Source of the DNA: a virus
Direction: 5' to 3' (one strand)
Length of the DNA: 64,000 bases
Virus record (IMG/VR): IMGVR_UViG_3300047552_000255
Span: 4,138 to 68,137 of that record
Below, in pieces: positions 1-8,662 of this stretch. Made by a program: the position numbers and the translations under genes. Under the pieces are notes generated by a model. The model was not told the DNA's origin and did no database searches. It worked only from the letters and a program-made list of their open reading frames with translations. The number at the start of each line of letters is the position of its first letter. Within the stretch, counting starts at the first letter, position 1.

Positions 1-452
1 TGGAACCCAAGGTGGGCCCCGACTTCATGCAGGAACACACCGCGCTCTTTGCCCTTGCGGATGCGATCGGCGATCAGAACGGCCTTGCCGTCGCGGGTCC
101 ACGCCACAGCGTCTTGGTCTTCGGCGATCTCTGCGTCGATGCCGTCAAGGTCGAACTCACTGTCCACGATGATGACGCGGCTGCCCAGAGACTTGGCGTT
201 CATGAACCCCAGCAGCGCCTCTTTCAGGGATTCTTCTGTGTGCACGTCCGTGGCGTCGAACATCGCTTCCTTGACGTTGGCCAGCAGTTCTTCCTTCTGC
301 GCCAGCAGGTCCTGTGTTGCTGACAGGTAATCACCTGCAATGTCACCGGTGGAATACTGATCCGCCAGAGCTTCGATCTGCTTGATCTCGGTCGGAGTGA
401 TGCCCATCGCTGCTGAGAAGCAGGCTTTTGTTTTGCCGTTAGACCGTGCCAT
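1..452 (-). CDS. Large ejection/polyvalent protein, allele A (5' part only, runs off the window), with zincin HExxH motif
   Basis: Missing from the ORF track because no stop codon lies in the window. Hand translation from ATG 452 gives MARSNGKTKACFSAAMGITPTEIKQIEALADQY...ERGVFLHEVGAHLGF, which aligns with the N-terminus and HEVGSH motif of 58857..63299. Confidence 0.85.
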   Translation of the reverse strand, partial: MARSNGKTKACFSAAMGITPTEIKQIEALADQYSTGDIAGDYLSATQDLLAQKEELLANVKEAMFDATDVHTEESLKEALLGFMNAKSLGSRVIIVDSEFDLDGIDAEIAEDQDAVAWTRDGKAVLIADRIRKGKERGVFLHEVGAHLGF

Positions 453-720
453 CGAGTATCTCCATCTGGACGAGTGCGGTGATGAACTCAGTTGCTAACA
501 TGTCATCACGTTTGATGCGTAATTGTCGCTGATATTCCCGATTCATCCTATCCACGTAGCCCTTCATATCGGGGGCGGATGATCGGTGCTTCTTGGCAGC
601 GCCAGAGGGCGGCTGCTCTTCTTTCTTCAGTTCGTCCAGCAGACCTTGGACGGCAAGCTGGATCGGCGAGAGCGGGAACCCCGCGCCCTGTAACGCTATG
701 CGGAGTGCATCAAGGCTCAC
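439..720 (-). CDS. Small hypothetical late protein, allele A (93 aa)
   Basis: Overlaps both neighbours. First 28 aa are identical to the copy at 63292..63594, and the C-terminus is homologous but diverged. Confidence 0.8.
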   Translation of the reverse strand: MSLDALRIALQGAGFPLSPIQLAVQGLLDELKKEEQPPSGAAKKHRSSAPDMKGYVDRMNREYQRQLRIKRDDMLATEFITALVQMEILDGTV

Positions 721-1126
721 GATGTCACCGTCGTTGTTGTACCGTCGCTGCTGATAGTCTGGTGCACCGAGCCTGCGTCGCGCGATGTGGCGGTCACTAC
801 CAGAGGCGAGGTCAGTCCGTGCACTGCGGCCAGCGCGTCGATCCAGTCGTCAATGCTGCCAGAGAGGATGTCGCTGGAGACGGTAGTTACCGTTACCGGC
901 CCGGTGCCAGAGATGGTCTGCACCACGTTACCCGCCGCACGCTGTGTCGCCGAGACAGTCAGGGGGTTGCCCGGAACCAGCCCGTGCAGCAGCGCGATCT
1001 CGTAGATCAGGTTCGCCCGTGCTTGGCTGATAGTGATCGTGCCGCCAGTGCCCGACGCGGAGCCAGAGATTGCAGCCAGCGTGACGCCGGGTAGCGAGCC
1101 AGTCGCCAGAGCGGAGCCGGTGGCCG
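635..1126. repeat. Direct repeat copy 1 (492 bp seen; other copy at 63509..64000, offset 62874)
   Basis: Manual alignment shows no indels and 16 substitutions, mostly synonymous. Confidence 0.95.
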
Positions 1127-1808
1127 AGCCAGACGGAGGTGTGAGCGTGACGCCGGGGATTGATACCGTAACCGCACCGGAGCCAGACCCTGTACCAGAC
1201 GGAGTGGTGAGTGTTACACCGGGGATGGAGCCGATGGCCGACGCGGTGCCCGAGGCTGCGCCTGACGGAGTGGTGAGCGTGACCCCGGCAATGGAGCCAG
1301 TGGCGAAGCCATCCGCGCCGCCAGAGGTCCCGCTGGCCGTACCAGTAACTGCCGTGAGGGTTACACCGGGGATGGTGACTGTACCGAGAGCCGTGCCCGT
1401 GGCCGAGCCCGATGGCGTGGTGAGCGTGACACCAGCGATGGTGCCTGTGCCCCGTGCAGTTCCAGATGCAGCGCCAGCAGGGGTGGTAAGCGTGACGCCG
1501 GGGATCGACCCGGTGCCCAGTGCCGTGCCAGACGCTGCACCGGATGGTGTGGTGAGAGTGACCCCAGCGATGGAGCCAGTCGCGTTGCCGTCAACCCCGC
1601 CAGATGTGCCCGTCGCAGAACCAGTGATCGCGGTGAGGGTTACGCCAGCGAGCGACCCGCCACCAAGCGCAGTGCCCGAGGCCGCGCCTGTGGGCGCGGC
1701 GAGGGTTACACCAGCAAGGGAGCCACTGGCGTTGCCGTCTACGCTGCCGCCTGCGTCAATCTGGAACGCATCTTCTTGCCACGCTCCTGATTGAAAGGCC
1801 GTGGTCAT
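717..1808 (-). CDS. Ser/Thr/Gly-rich repetitive virion protein (363 aa)
   Basis: N-terminal AFQ..AFQ motif, ten repeats of about 22 aa centred on GVTL, and a duplicated C-terminal HGL..PL.V.AT.R.AG.V.QTIS unit. Lies in the late operon. Confidence 0.75.
   Translation of the reverse strand: MTTAFQSGAWQEDAFQIDAGGSVDGNASGSLAGVTLAAPTGAASGTALGGGSLAGVTLTAITGSATGTSGGVDGNATGSIAGVTLTTPSGAASGTALGTGSIPGVTLTTPAGAASGTARGTGTIAGVTLTTPSGSATGTALGTVTIPGVTLTAVTGTASGTSGGADGFATGSIAGVTLTTPSGAASGTASAIGSIPGVTLTTPSGTGSGSGAVTVSIPGVTLTPPSGSATGSALATGSLPGVTLAAISGSASGTGGTITISQARANLIYEIALLHGLVPGNPLTVSATQRAAGNVVQTISGTGPVTVTTVSSDILSGSIDDWIDALAAVHGLTSPLVVTATSRDAGSVHQTISSDGTTTTVTS
1060..1740 (-). repeat. Degenerate coding tandem repeat of about 66 bp (10 units, GSI[A/P]GVTLT.PSG.ASG)
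   Basis: Recurring gtgagcgtgacgccggg-type words in the DNA and ten GVTL motifs in the protein. Confidence 0.85.
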
Positions 1809-1810
1809 TC

Positions 1811-2347
1811 CTACCTCTTGGTGAGCGTGACCTGAATGTCAGTCACGGCGTTGTGGTAGTGCTTCACCGCAAACTGTTGGGCCTCTTGCGCGCGCGGAAT
1901 CCAGTCGCCGTCCAGAGCGAAGCCGTAGCCGAAGTCGAAGTCGCACTTCATGTCGTACAGGCCGTGCGTGAGCTTGTTGTCGGTGCGCCACTTCTTGTTG
2001 AAGTACAGGAACGACTCCGCGCAGACCGGTGGCCATGCGTGGGTGAAATCCTGAATGGCGCGGTTGTGTCCAGCGTATGGCACCAGAATCGTGGCGGTCG
2101 CGCCCTTCTTCAGAATGCGGTGCAGTTCGTCCATGAACTTGGGGCGGTCGAGGCCGGGGATGTGCTCGAAGTAGTGCGAGCAGCGCACCTCGTCCACCGA
2201 GTTGTCCTTGAACGGCCAAGGGAACTTCTGCAAGTCCACCACCTTGTCCACGCTGGGTGTCTTCCACTTGTCCACGCCAATGAAGCCATCGGCTTTGTTG
2301 TCGCCGCAGGCCAGATCAAGTTTCACGGGTTTTGCTTTTGTTGCCAT
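1811..2347 (-). CDS. Class I SAM-dependent methyltransferase (type 11-like)
   Basis: Motif I KLDLACGD, followed by WPFKDNSVDEV..SHYFEHI and ELHRILKKG. Start moved to MATKAK. Confidence 0.85.
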   Translation of the reverse strand: MATKAKPVKLDLACGDNKADGFIGVDKWKTPSVDKVVDLQKFPWPFKDNSVDEVRCSHYFEHIPGLDRPKFMDELHRILKKGATATILVPYAGHNRAIQDFTHAWPPVCAESFLYFNKKWRTDNKLTHGLYDMKCDFDFGYGFALDGDWIPRAQEAQQFAVKHYHNAVTDIQVTLTKR

Positions 2348-2348
2348 A

Positions 2349-3083
2349 TCACCAAACCATGTCTGCGGGCCCAAACTTGCCCTCGTAATCGTAGTGGCCC
2401 ACCTTCACCGAGCAGTCAATCGCTGCGCGGTAGCCGTGCTTGAATGCGTCGTTCCAAAAGAAAAGGTCCTGTGTCGCCACGCCTTCAGTGCTGCTGGCCG
2501 ATGTCTTGAACCAAGGCTGGCGCAGCTTCTTGTCCTTGAACATCTCCATGCGCCACAGGTTGAAACCCATGCCTGTGCCGACGCACTCGACCAGCCCACC
2601 ATTGGGATCAGGCGGCAGAGGCTTGAAGTTCATCGGCTCCTTGGGGTTGCCCCAGATTTGCGGCTGCCCGCCATAGCCCTTGGTGTAGTACAGGCCGCCG
2701 ATGCAGGCGTACTCGGGGTGGGCTTCCATGCGCTCAAGCAGTCGCACATGGCCGTCAGGCGGAGGCATGTTGTCGTGCTCCATCGTCAGGATGTACTTGA
2801 ACTTCGACAATTCCGGGTGCTCCAGAATCATCTTGATGGTGTTCGTGTACGCCTCTCCCACTTCCTGCCCCAGCGCCCACAGCGTCACGCGCTTCTGGTT
2901 GGGCGGAGAGAACAGGTTCATGAAGGACGCGGCCACCTTGGTGGGCATCATTCCAAGCGCCGGGATCACGACGATGGTGGACAGGTCTTTGTACGCAGCG
3001 GCCTGCTCCAGCCGCTTGACCGTCATGGCGATATCGCGGTTGTGGAACCCTGTGCCGTCGAATTGAACGAGTTGTGGCTGCAT
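2349..3083 (-). CDS. GT-A fold (GT2-like) glycosyltransferase
   Basis: IVVIPA strand, YILTMEHDN (DxD-like), IGGLYY, GTGMGFNL and QDLFF..A.K.GY...ID..VK.GH, typical of phage GT2-like enzymes. Start at MQPQ, coupled by TGATG to the upstream ORF. Confidence 0.75.
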   Translation of the reverse strand: MQPQLVQFDGTGFHNRDIAMTVKRLEQAAAYKDLSTIVVIPALGMMPTKVAASFMNLFSPPNQKRVTLWALGQEVGEAYTNTIKMILEHPELSKFKYILTMEHDNMPPPDGHVRLLERMEAHPEYACIGGLYYTKGYGGQPQIWGNPKEPMNFKPLPPDPNGGLVECVGTGMGFNLWRMEMFKDKKLRQPWFKTSASSTEGVATQDLFFWNDAFKHGYRAAIDCSVKVGHYDYEGKFGPADMVW

Positions 3084-3235
3084 CAGTCTGTGTGGTTTGG
3101 CACTTCTGTCCAAGGTGTCCACATTCCCTTGAAGCATTGGCGGTACTGGAGGATCATCTTCACGCGCACGCGCCCACGGTGGGGCACTTCCACTTCGGTC
3201 AGCCTGAACTCAATCAGTCCGTCGCGGGTTTCCAT
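3083..3235 (-). CDS. Small hypothetical protein (50 aa), not in the ORF track
   Basis: METRDGLIEFRLTEVEVPHRGRVRVKMILQYRQCFKGMWTPWTEVPNHTD. Fills the gap exactly, with a TAAATG junction upstream and TGATG downstream. Confidence 0.65.
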   Translation of the reverse strand: METRDGLIEFRLTEVEVPHRGRVRVKMILQYRQCFKGMWTPWTEVPNHTD

Positions 3236-3487
3236 TTAGCAGACCCACTCGATGTCGGAGGCAATCAGCACCAGTGGGATGCCCATAGCTGCGATCTGTG
3301 CGTTCACGGACGGCACAAGTTGCTCCTGCACCTGCTGGCGGGCAGAGGTTGCAAGGTTCTGGCTGATGGGCGGGCACACCACAGACATGGTGATATCTTG
3401 TCCAGACTCACTGTCGAGCAAATGCCCCAACACTTCAAATACGCCACCAGTGCCGCCGGCAATGCCCGTGATGAAATACCGTGCCAT
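3236..3487 (-). CDS. Hypothetical late protein (83 aa)
   Basis: AAGGAG RBS and tight operon packing. Confidence 0.7.
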   Translation of the reverse strand: MARYFITGIAGGTGGVFEVLGHLLDSESGQDITMSVVCPPISQNLATSARQQVQEQLVPSVNAQIAAMGIPLVLIASDIEWVC

Positions 3488-3496
3488 GTCTACTCC

Positions 3497-4429
3497 TTAA
3501 ACTTCAAATTGGATGTACATGCGGTTCTGAGACACCGCGTTGGTCAAGCCGCTCATGGCGATGTTTGCAGGCAGGTTGCTCGACGTTGCCGAGTACACGC
3601 CCTGCGCGAAGTCGCCAACAAACGATGCGTTGCTCACCAGTGCAGTGGTGGCGTACAGCTTGCCGACTGACAAGTTGGTGTACTGCGAGAGTTCCTTCAT
3701 CCCGATACGCAGCGGAGAAGTTCCGACCGTTGTGGCTGAACTCATGCGCATAGCAAGCGCGTACTCTCCGCCCATAGTCAAGGTGGATGTGAACGGGAAG
3801 TAGAAGTGCTTGAAGCCAGACAGCGCGGACATGACCGCCGTCCCGCCAGAAGTTGTCGTGAAACTCGCCGCACCTTGGCTGATGGTGTACCCCGCAGCGG
3901 TGTTGCTGTTGAAGCTCGCTTGCAGGTACAGGCGAGACGACGCCACCAATTCGTACCGCGTGTTGTTTGTCCCCGTGCCTCGGCTGTACAGCCCGTAGTC
4001 ATAGGTGTGCGCCGCAACTTGCGAGTTGGTACTCGACACTGTTGATATTGACGCCCGGCGCTCAATGTTGTTGAAGCTGACGTTGCTCTGGCAGATGAAC
4101 CGCTGCAAGTAGAGGGAGTTTTGGCCCATCGTGGAGAACGCCGTGTTCGCACCCAACGGGAACAACTCCGCCCCACCCACCGTTGCAGCGCCGCCACCGC
4201 CACCCGCAGCACCGCTGAAGATGAGCTTGCTATTCGCAGTATCCGCACTCAGGGTGACGTTGTTGCCACCCTCGAAGATAACATCAGCGCCGCTGATCTG
4301 CGAACTGCCGAGCGTGTTGCCCGACAGGTTGTAGACCATCTGGTGGTTGCTATTCCAATCGCTTGGGCGAACGACGGACGTTGCCGTCCCGTCCGCAACC
4401 GTCTGCGAGTAGAAGTGCTTGATGGACAT
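3497..4429 (-). CDS. Putative virion appendage/fibre protein (310 aa)
   Basis: N-terminal VRPSDWN..H motif seen in phage structural proteins, a Gly linker and an S/T-rich beta-type C-terminal domain. Confidence 0.6.
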   Translation of the reverse strand: MSIKHFYSQTVADGTATSVVRPSDWNSNHQMVYNLSGNTLGSSQISGADVIFEGGNNVTLSADTANSKLIFSGAAGGGGGAATVGGAELFPLGANTAFSTMGQNSLYLQRFICQSNVSFNNIERRASISTVSSTNSQVAAHTYDYGLYSRGTGTNNTRYELVASSRLYLQASFNSNTAAGYTISQGAASFTTTSGGTAVMSALSGFKHFYFPFTSTLTMGGEYALAMRMSSATTVGTSPLRIGMKELSQYTNLSVGKLYATTALVSNASFVGDFAQGVYSATSSNLPANIAMSGLTNAVSQNRMYIQFEV

Positions 4430-4433
4430 CGTC

Positions 4434-4862
4434 TTATCGAGTGATGTACAGCGGTGTGCTGTAGGTGATCGAGAAGTTGCCAGCCGTGCAGGTGATCGTG
4501 CCTGCGAAGTCCACGAACGAGATCAGGTAGTCCGTGCTGGACGTACCGCTGTTCTTGTAGATGATCGCGCCCAGCGCCGAGAACGATGCTGTGGTCCACC
4601 CGTTGGTGATGTTGGTCAGCGTGATCGGCTGGCGGTTGTTTGTCGTGTCGATGGCGTCGAATGTGTACGCCTGCGCGATGCCGCCAGCGGTGTAGCCTGT
4701 GCCAGTAATCTCGTTGGTCACGTCAGCGCGGGAAACCCATGCGTCGATGTTCGCCTCCGACGGTACGCTGGACACCAGCAAAACCTTGAGTGTGTCGCTG
4801 CTGAAGTTGTGTCGTGCCTGCGCCAGATTGCGCGTGAGGTTGGTGAAGTTAACTGAAGCCAT
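4434..4862 (-). CDS. Putative virion structural protein (142 aa)
   Basis: DTLKVLL...TNEI.GTGYTAGG...A..AIIY...L..FVDF pattern of a widespread small phage tail-associated family; AAGGAG RBS. Confidence 0.7.
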   Translation of the reverse strand: MASVNFTNLTRNLAQARHNFSSDTLKVLLVSSVPSEANIDAWVSRADVTNEITGTGYTAGGIAQAYTFDAIDTTNNRQPITLTNITNGWTTASFSALGAIIYKNSGTSSTDYLISFVDFAGTITCTAGNFSITYSTPLYITR

Positions 4863-4872
4863 TGGTTACTCC

Positions 4873-5226
4873 TTAGTTGGCCTTGGCCCGGATTGATTTG
4901 ATGGTTCCATCAGCGTTGCGCTCAAACGTGAACGTCCAGTCAAGGACACGCTGCTGGGGTTGAACTACTACCTGCGCTGGCGGCACATTGACCACCGGGG
5001 CGGACGGCTGCTGCACATGCAGCTTGCTCATCATGTCGGCCAGAGCGGCGGTCAGCTTTTCGTGCCCGTTGTCTTCTGGTGGCGTGGGAGCCGCCCGTTT
5101 GGGCAAGCGGTAAACCCCTGTGCGCCCTGCGGCGTTGAACACTTCTCCGTTAGCGCGATGAACCGCCGCCCCCGACTCAAGGGCGTAGTCCTCCAGCATC
5201 GACGGGTCAAGATTCAGATCGGCCAT
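4873..5226 (-). CDS. Hypothetical late protein (117 aa)
   Basis: Pro/Val-rich APVVNVPP segment and C-terminal FERNADGTIKSI; in operon. Confidence 0.7.
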   Translation of the reverse strand: MADLNLDPSMLEDYALESGAAVHRANGEVFNAAGRTGVYRLPKRAAPTPPEDNGHEKLTAALADMMSKLHVQQPSAPVVNVPPAQVVVQPQQRVLDWTFTFERNADGTIKSIRAKAN

Positions 5227-5240
5227 GTTAGTGCGTTAGT

Positions 5241-8200
5241 TTACCCCAGACACTGCACGAGCGCCTCAAGTTTTTGTATCTTGGACTCGATGCGGCGTAC
5301 CTCCAGCTCGGCGTCCTTGATCTTGATGGTCGAGCCATCCGAGTTCTTCAGCTCCACCTCGATGGGCACCGGGATCGGGGAAATCTCCTGCGTGGCGGCG
5401 ATGGACAGCTTGCCGTCCACATATGCCTGACGCCACTTCTCCTGCTGCTCTGGCTTCAGATCAGCCCACTTACCCTGCTTGGCGGTATCTGCGTAAGTAC
5501 CCCACTGGTTGCCAGCCAGAACGAGCTGACCCTTGCGCTCACTTGCATCCACCCGCGCTTTACGCTCCTCAGGCGTCTCGACCTTCTTGGCCCTAGTGGT
5601 CGCGGGTTTGGCGGGCTTGGCTGGCACGCCTGCTACGCTGCCTGTTATCCGCCCGGTCTCTTGGTCGTTGAAGCCGCCCATTCGGTTGGAGATTGAGCGC
5701 AACTCGCCTTCCAGCAAACCCAGCTTGGAGAGCTTGGTGATCAGTTCTTCGCGGCTAAGCTCATCGTTCATGAAGTCAACGATGGCCCGCTGGCCCGCTA
5801 CGATCTTTTGCGGAAACCCGAGGTCCGCCGGATACTCGTACCGCTGCTTTACTTCGACGTCAGTGGCTTCGGAGCCTTTGTTGACGGCAGGGGTTGGTTT
5901 GCCGACCGGCTTTCCATTTCCTTGTTCGACTGTGCTTCCGCCTTCTGGTTTCGGCTGTGTCGCTGCGCTATCTCCTGCTGGACTTGCTTCAACGACGTTT
6001 GTTGCAGGCTGTCCTGATACGCGTTTAGTGCCGCCAGCATCCGCTTCACTGGCTGTGGATCGCTCGCTCTTGCCTTGAAGGTACCCATCATCAATTCCTA
6101 TTCCGGCCTGCTCAGCCGCACGTTGTTGTTCCTCGAACGGGGCAACATCCACGATACCACGGTCGGCCAAGTTTTTGTAAGCGGCGTACCACAGCAGCTT
6201 GCCCAGATCGTTGAGTTGAGAGAACTCAGCAGTGCCCGAGGAGCGCATGTCGTCCCAGTCGGCAGCAGCTTGGCTCATCACGTCGGGGTCAACGTGGTGC
6301 TTGAGCATCAGACGACGCTGGTCGGGTGTCGCAGCTTGGATGGCCGCAGCCACCTCGTCCATCTGGTTGAACCGCTTTTCGTCAACCGCGTCCTCAACAG
6401 AGTTGGCCTGAGTGGCTTGCACCATCTGCCCGGTGCCGTCCTCGTTGAACTCCATCGCGGTGACGCCGTCGTCCTTGGCCGCGAGGTTGCCCTGCTTGGT
6501 CATCTGCTTGACCGCAGTCATACCGAAGCCACCCATCTCGTTGAGGGCCTTGGTCACGGTCGAGCGGCTCTTCATACCTAGAGCGTCGGCGATCTGCTGG
6601 GCGTTCATGGGCTGGCGGGTAGAGTGACCTTCCTCGTCCAGACCGCGAGCCATGCGCAGGATGTCCCAATACTGCTTCTTCAGCGCCTTGATGCTTCCGT
6701 CTTGCCCGTGAACCAGAATGAGCTGGTCGCTGTGGCGTCCGGTCTTGGCTTCTTGCAGGGCGGTCGTGACCTTTGGGTCCGCGCCTTCCAGATTGTTGAC
6801 GGGAACCAGCCCGCCCTCGGGGTTCAGGATAGAGACCAGCGCCTTGCGGTCGCGGCCTTGGGTGTCCTTGCCGAACACCACCGGGGCGTGGGCTTGTGTT
6901 GCTACTGCACCTTGCCCTGCGTTGCTGGGAACGACTGCGCTGGATACCCCGCTTTGTGCATCAGTTCCAGTTGATACAGGTACGCCACTTGCTGCGGCGG
7001 TATTTGGAGCTGCTGCGCTAGTCTGCGCTGCTCCCGTGTCAGTCGGGGCGTCTTTACCGAGGAGGACATCGGCGGCTTGTTGGAGGTCTTGTACATGCGG
7101 AACGGCAGGTGGCGCAACCGGAGCAGCGGGTGCTGTGGTGGCGGCTTGAGCGGCAGCGGCGTTGTCGGCCACGGCCTGAGTAGTGACTTGCTTGTCTTCG
7201 GCCTTTTGCTTTGCGGCTTTCTCGGCATCTCGCTTGGCTTTCTCGGCGTCACGCTTTGCTTGGGCCTGCGCCTTGTCGAACGCACGCTGGGCTTCTTGCA
7301 TGTCGGAGCGCACAGCAGCAACGCCGGACTTGTCGCCCTCTTGGAGCGCCACGCGGATGCGGGCCGTAGCCTCGTCGTAGTTGTCCTGAGTCAGCACACC
7401 ATTCGCTACGCCGGAGCGCAGGTCTTCGTGCAGCTTGACCAGTTCGGCTGTGACCAGCCGCTTGCCCTTGCCGTCCACCGGGCTTACCTTGCCGTCCTTG
7501 CCGGGAGACAGGAATACGCCTTCAGCGTCGGACTGCTTTTGCTTCCATGCCTGCTCGTTGGCGGCACGCTTCTCTGACTCGGCCTGTGCGGCGGCTGCGG
7601 CAGCTTGTTCCTCGGGTGTCGGAGGGGGAGCTTGCGGAACCGGAGCCGGTGGCGGAATGGTGATAGGCGAGGCGGGCGGAGCCCCAGCGGGTGTGAGGTT
7701 CTGCCCGGTCAAGACGTTTGTAGACGCCCCACCCTCTACGAGCGCAGCGGGGGTGTTGGAGCGACGACCGTGTATGCCGCCGAACGAACCGAGCAGACCC
7801 TCGACCATACCCCCGGCCACGCCAGCGTTAAGGCGTCGAGACGCGGCTTCTTCTGGCGACACACTGCCGTTGTACCCCATCTCCATTTCGTTCTGGAGCA
7901 GTTCACTGGTAGCCCCGGTCGCCGCCTGAGACGCCCCGGACTTGCCCATGCGGGTGAGGAGGTTCCCGCTGAAACCGGTGCCGCGCTTGATACGCCCTAG
8001 CAGCATAGCCTCGGGCAGGGTTTCAGTGAGTCCGTATGGAACGCCACCTAGTAGTGCCGCGCCGCCCCCGTCAGGGTTTCCACCGTCTACCGACTCTTGG
8101 TACAGGGAGCCTACGCCTTGGGCGTAATTCATCGCCGCGCCGCCCATGATGTCGGACGCCATGCCGCGCCCCGCTTGGACGGCAGCTTTCTTGGCAGCGT

Positions 8201-8654
8201 AGCCTTCTGCGGCACCCATTGCACCGCCACCCAGCCACTTGGGGGCGAACGCCAGCCCACGAGACAAGGCTGTCGGTATAGCCACTTCGGGCATCACTGC
8301 ACTGGCGGCTACGGTCCCTGCGATATTGGGAACCTGCTTACCGACTTGATACATCAGCCACGCAGGCATGGAGCCGACGGACTGATCCTCGACACGCTCA
8401 AGGTCCGGGCGACCGTTGATCCGAGACTCGTACTGGTTCTCGTCAGCGCGTTGGTTCAGCCAGTCACGCGCACCTGTGGCCCCAACGGCATCCGACGCAG
8501 CAGCACCGGCTGAGTACATCAGCCCTTGGAAGTCGTCAACCCCGGACGACAAGCCCGCCGCGAGGGCGTTGCGCTTCTGCGGCTCCGGCAGGCGAACCTC
8601 ATGGACGTCGCGCCACGAGTCGCTGCTCGTTACATCTTTCCAGTTTCCTGCCAT
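5241..8654 (-). CDS. Large internal virion (DNA ejection) protein, 1137 aa, with an internal sigma-region-4-like HTH
   Basis: Follows the other ejection genes. Gly/Ala-rich hydrophobic N-terminal region, coiled-coil and low-complexity middle, and the HTH-like segment WDILRMARGLD...MNAQQIADALGMKSRSTVTKAL. Confidence 0.75.
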   Translation of the reverse strand: MAGNWKDVTSSDSWRDVHEVRLPEPQKRNALAAGLSSGVDDFQGLMYSAGAAASDAVGATGARDWLNQRADENQYESRINGRPDLERVEDQSVGSMPAWLMYQVGKQVPNIAGTVAASAVMPEVAIPTALSRGLAFAPKWLGGGAMGAAEGYAAKKAAVQAGRGMASDIMGGAAMNYAQGVGSLYQESVDGGNPDGGGAALLGGVPYGLTETLPEAMLLGRIKRGTGFSGNLLTRMGKSGASQAATGATSELLQNEMEMGYNGSVSPEEAASRRLNAGVAGGMVEGLLGSFGGIHGRRSNTPAALVEGGASTNVLTGQNLTPAGAPPASPITIPPPAPVPQAPPPTPEEQAAAAAAQAESEKRAANEQAWKQKQSDAEGVFLSPGKDGKVSPVDGKGKRLVTAELVKLHEDLRSGVANGVLTQDNYDEATARIRVALQEGDKSGVAAVRSDMQEAQRAFDKAQAQAKRDAEKAKRDAEKAAKQKAEDKQVTTQAVADNAAAAQAATTAPAAPVAPPAVPHVQDLQQAADVLLGKDAPTDTGAAQTSAAAPNTAAASGVPVSTGTDAQSGVSSAVVPSNAGQGAVATQAHAPVVFGKDTQGRDRKALVSILNPEGGLVPVNNLEGADPKVTTALQEAKTGRHSDQLILVHGQDGSIKALKKQYWDILRMARGLDEEGHSTRQPMNAQQIADALGMKSRSTVTKALNEMGGFGMTAVKQMTKQGNLAAKDDGVTAMEFNEDGTGQMVQATQANSVEDAVDEKRFNQMDEVAAAIQAATPDQRRLMLKHHVDPDVMSQAAADWDDMRSSGTAEFSQLNDLGKLLWYAAYKNLADRGIVDVAPFEEQQRAAEQAGIGIDDGYLQGKSERSTASEADAGGTKRVSGQPATNVVEASPAGDSAATQPKPEGGSTVEQGNGKPVGKPTPAVNKGSEATDVEVKQRYEYPADLGFPQKIVAGQRAIVDFMNDELSREELITKLSKLGLLEGELRSISNRMGGFNDQETGRITGSVAGVPAKPAKPATTRAKKVETPEERKARVDASERKGQLVLAGNQWGTYADTAKQGKWADLKPEQQEKWRQAYVDGKLSIAATQEISPIPVPIEVELKNSDGSTIKIKDAELEVRRIESKIQKLEALVQCLG

Positions 8655-8662
8655 GTTAAGCC

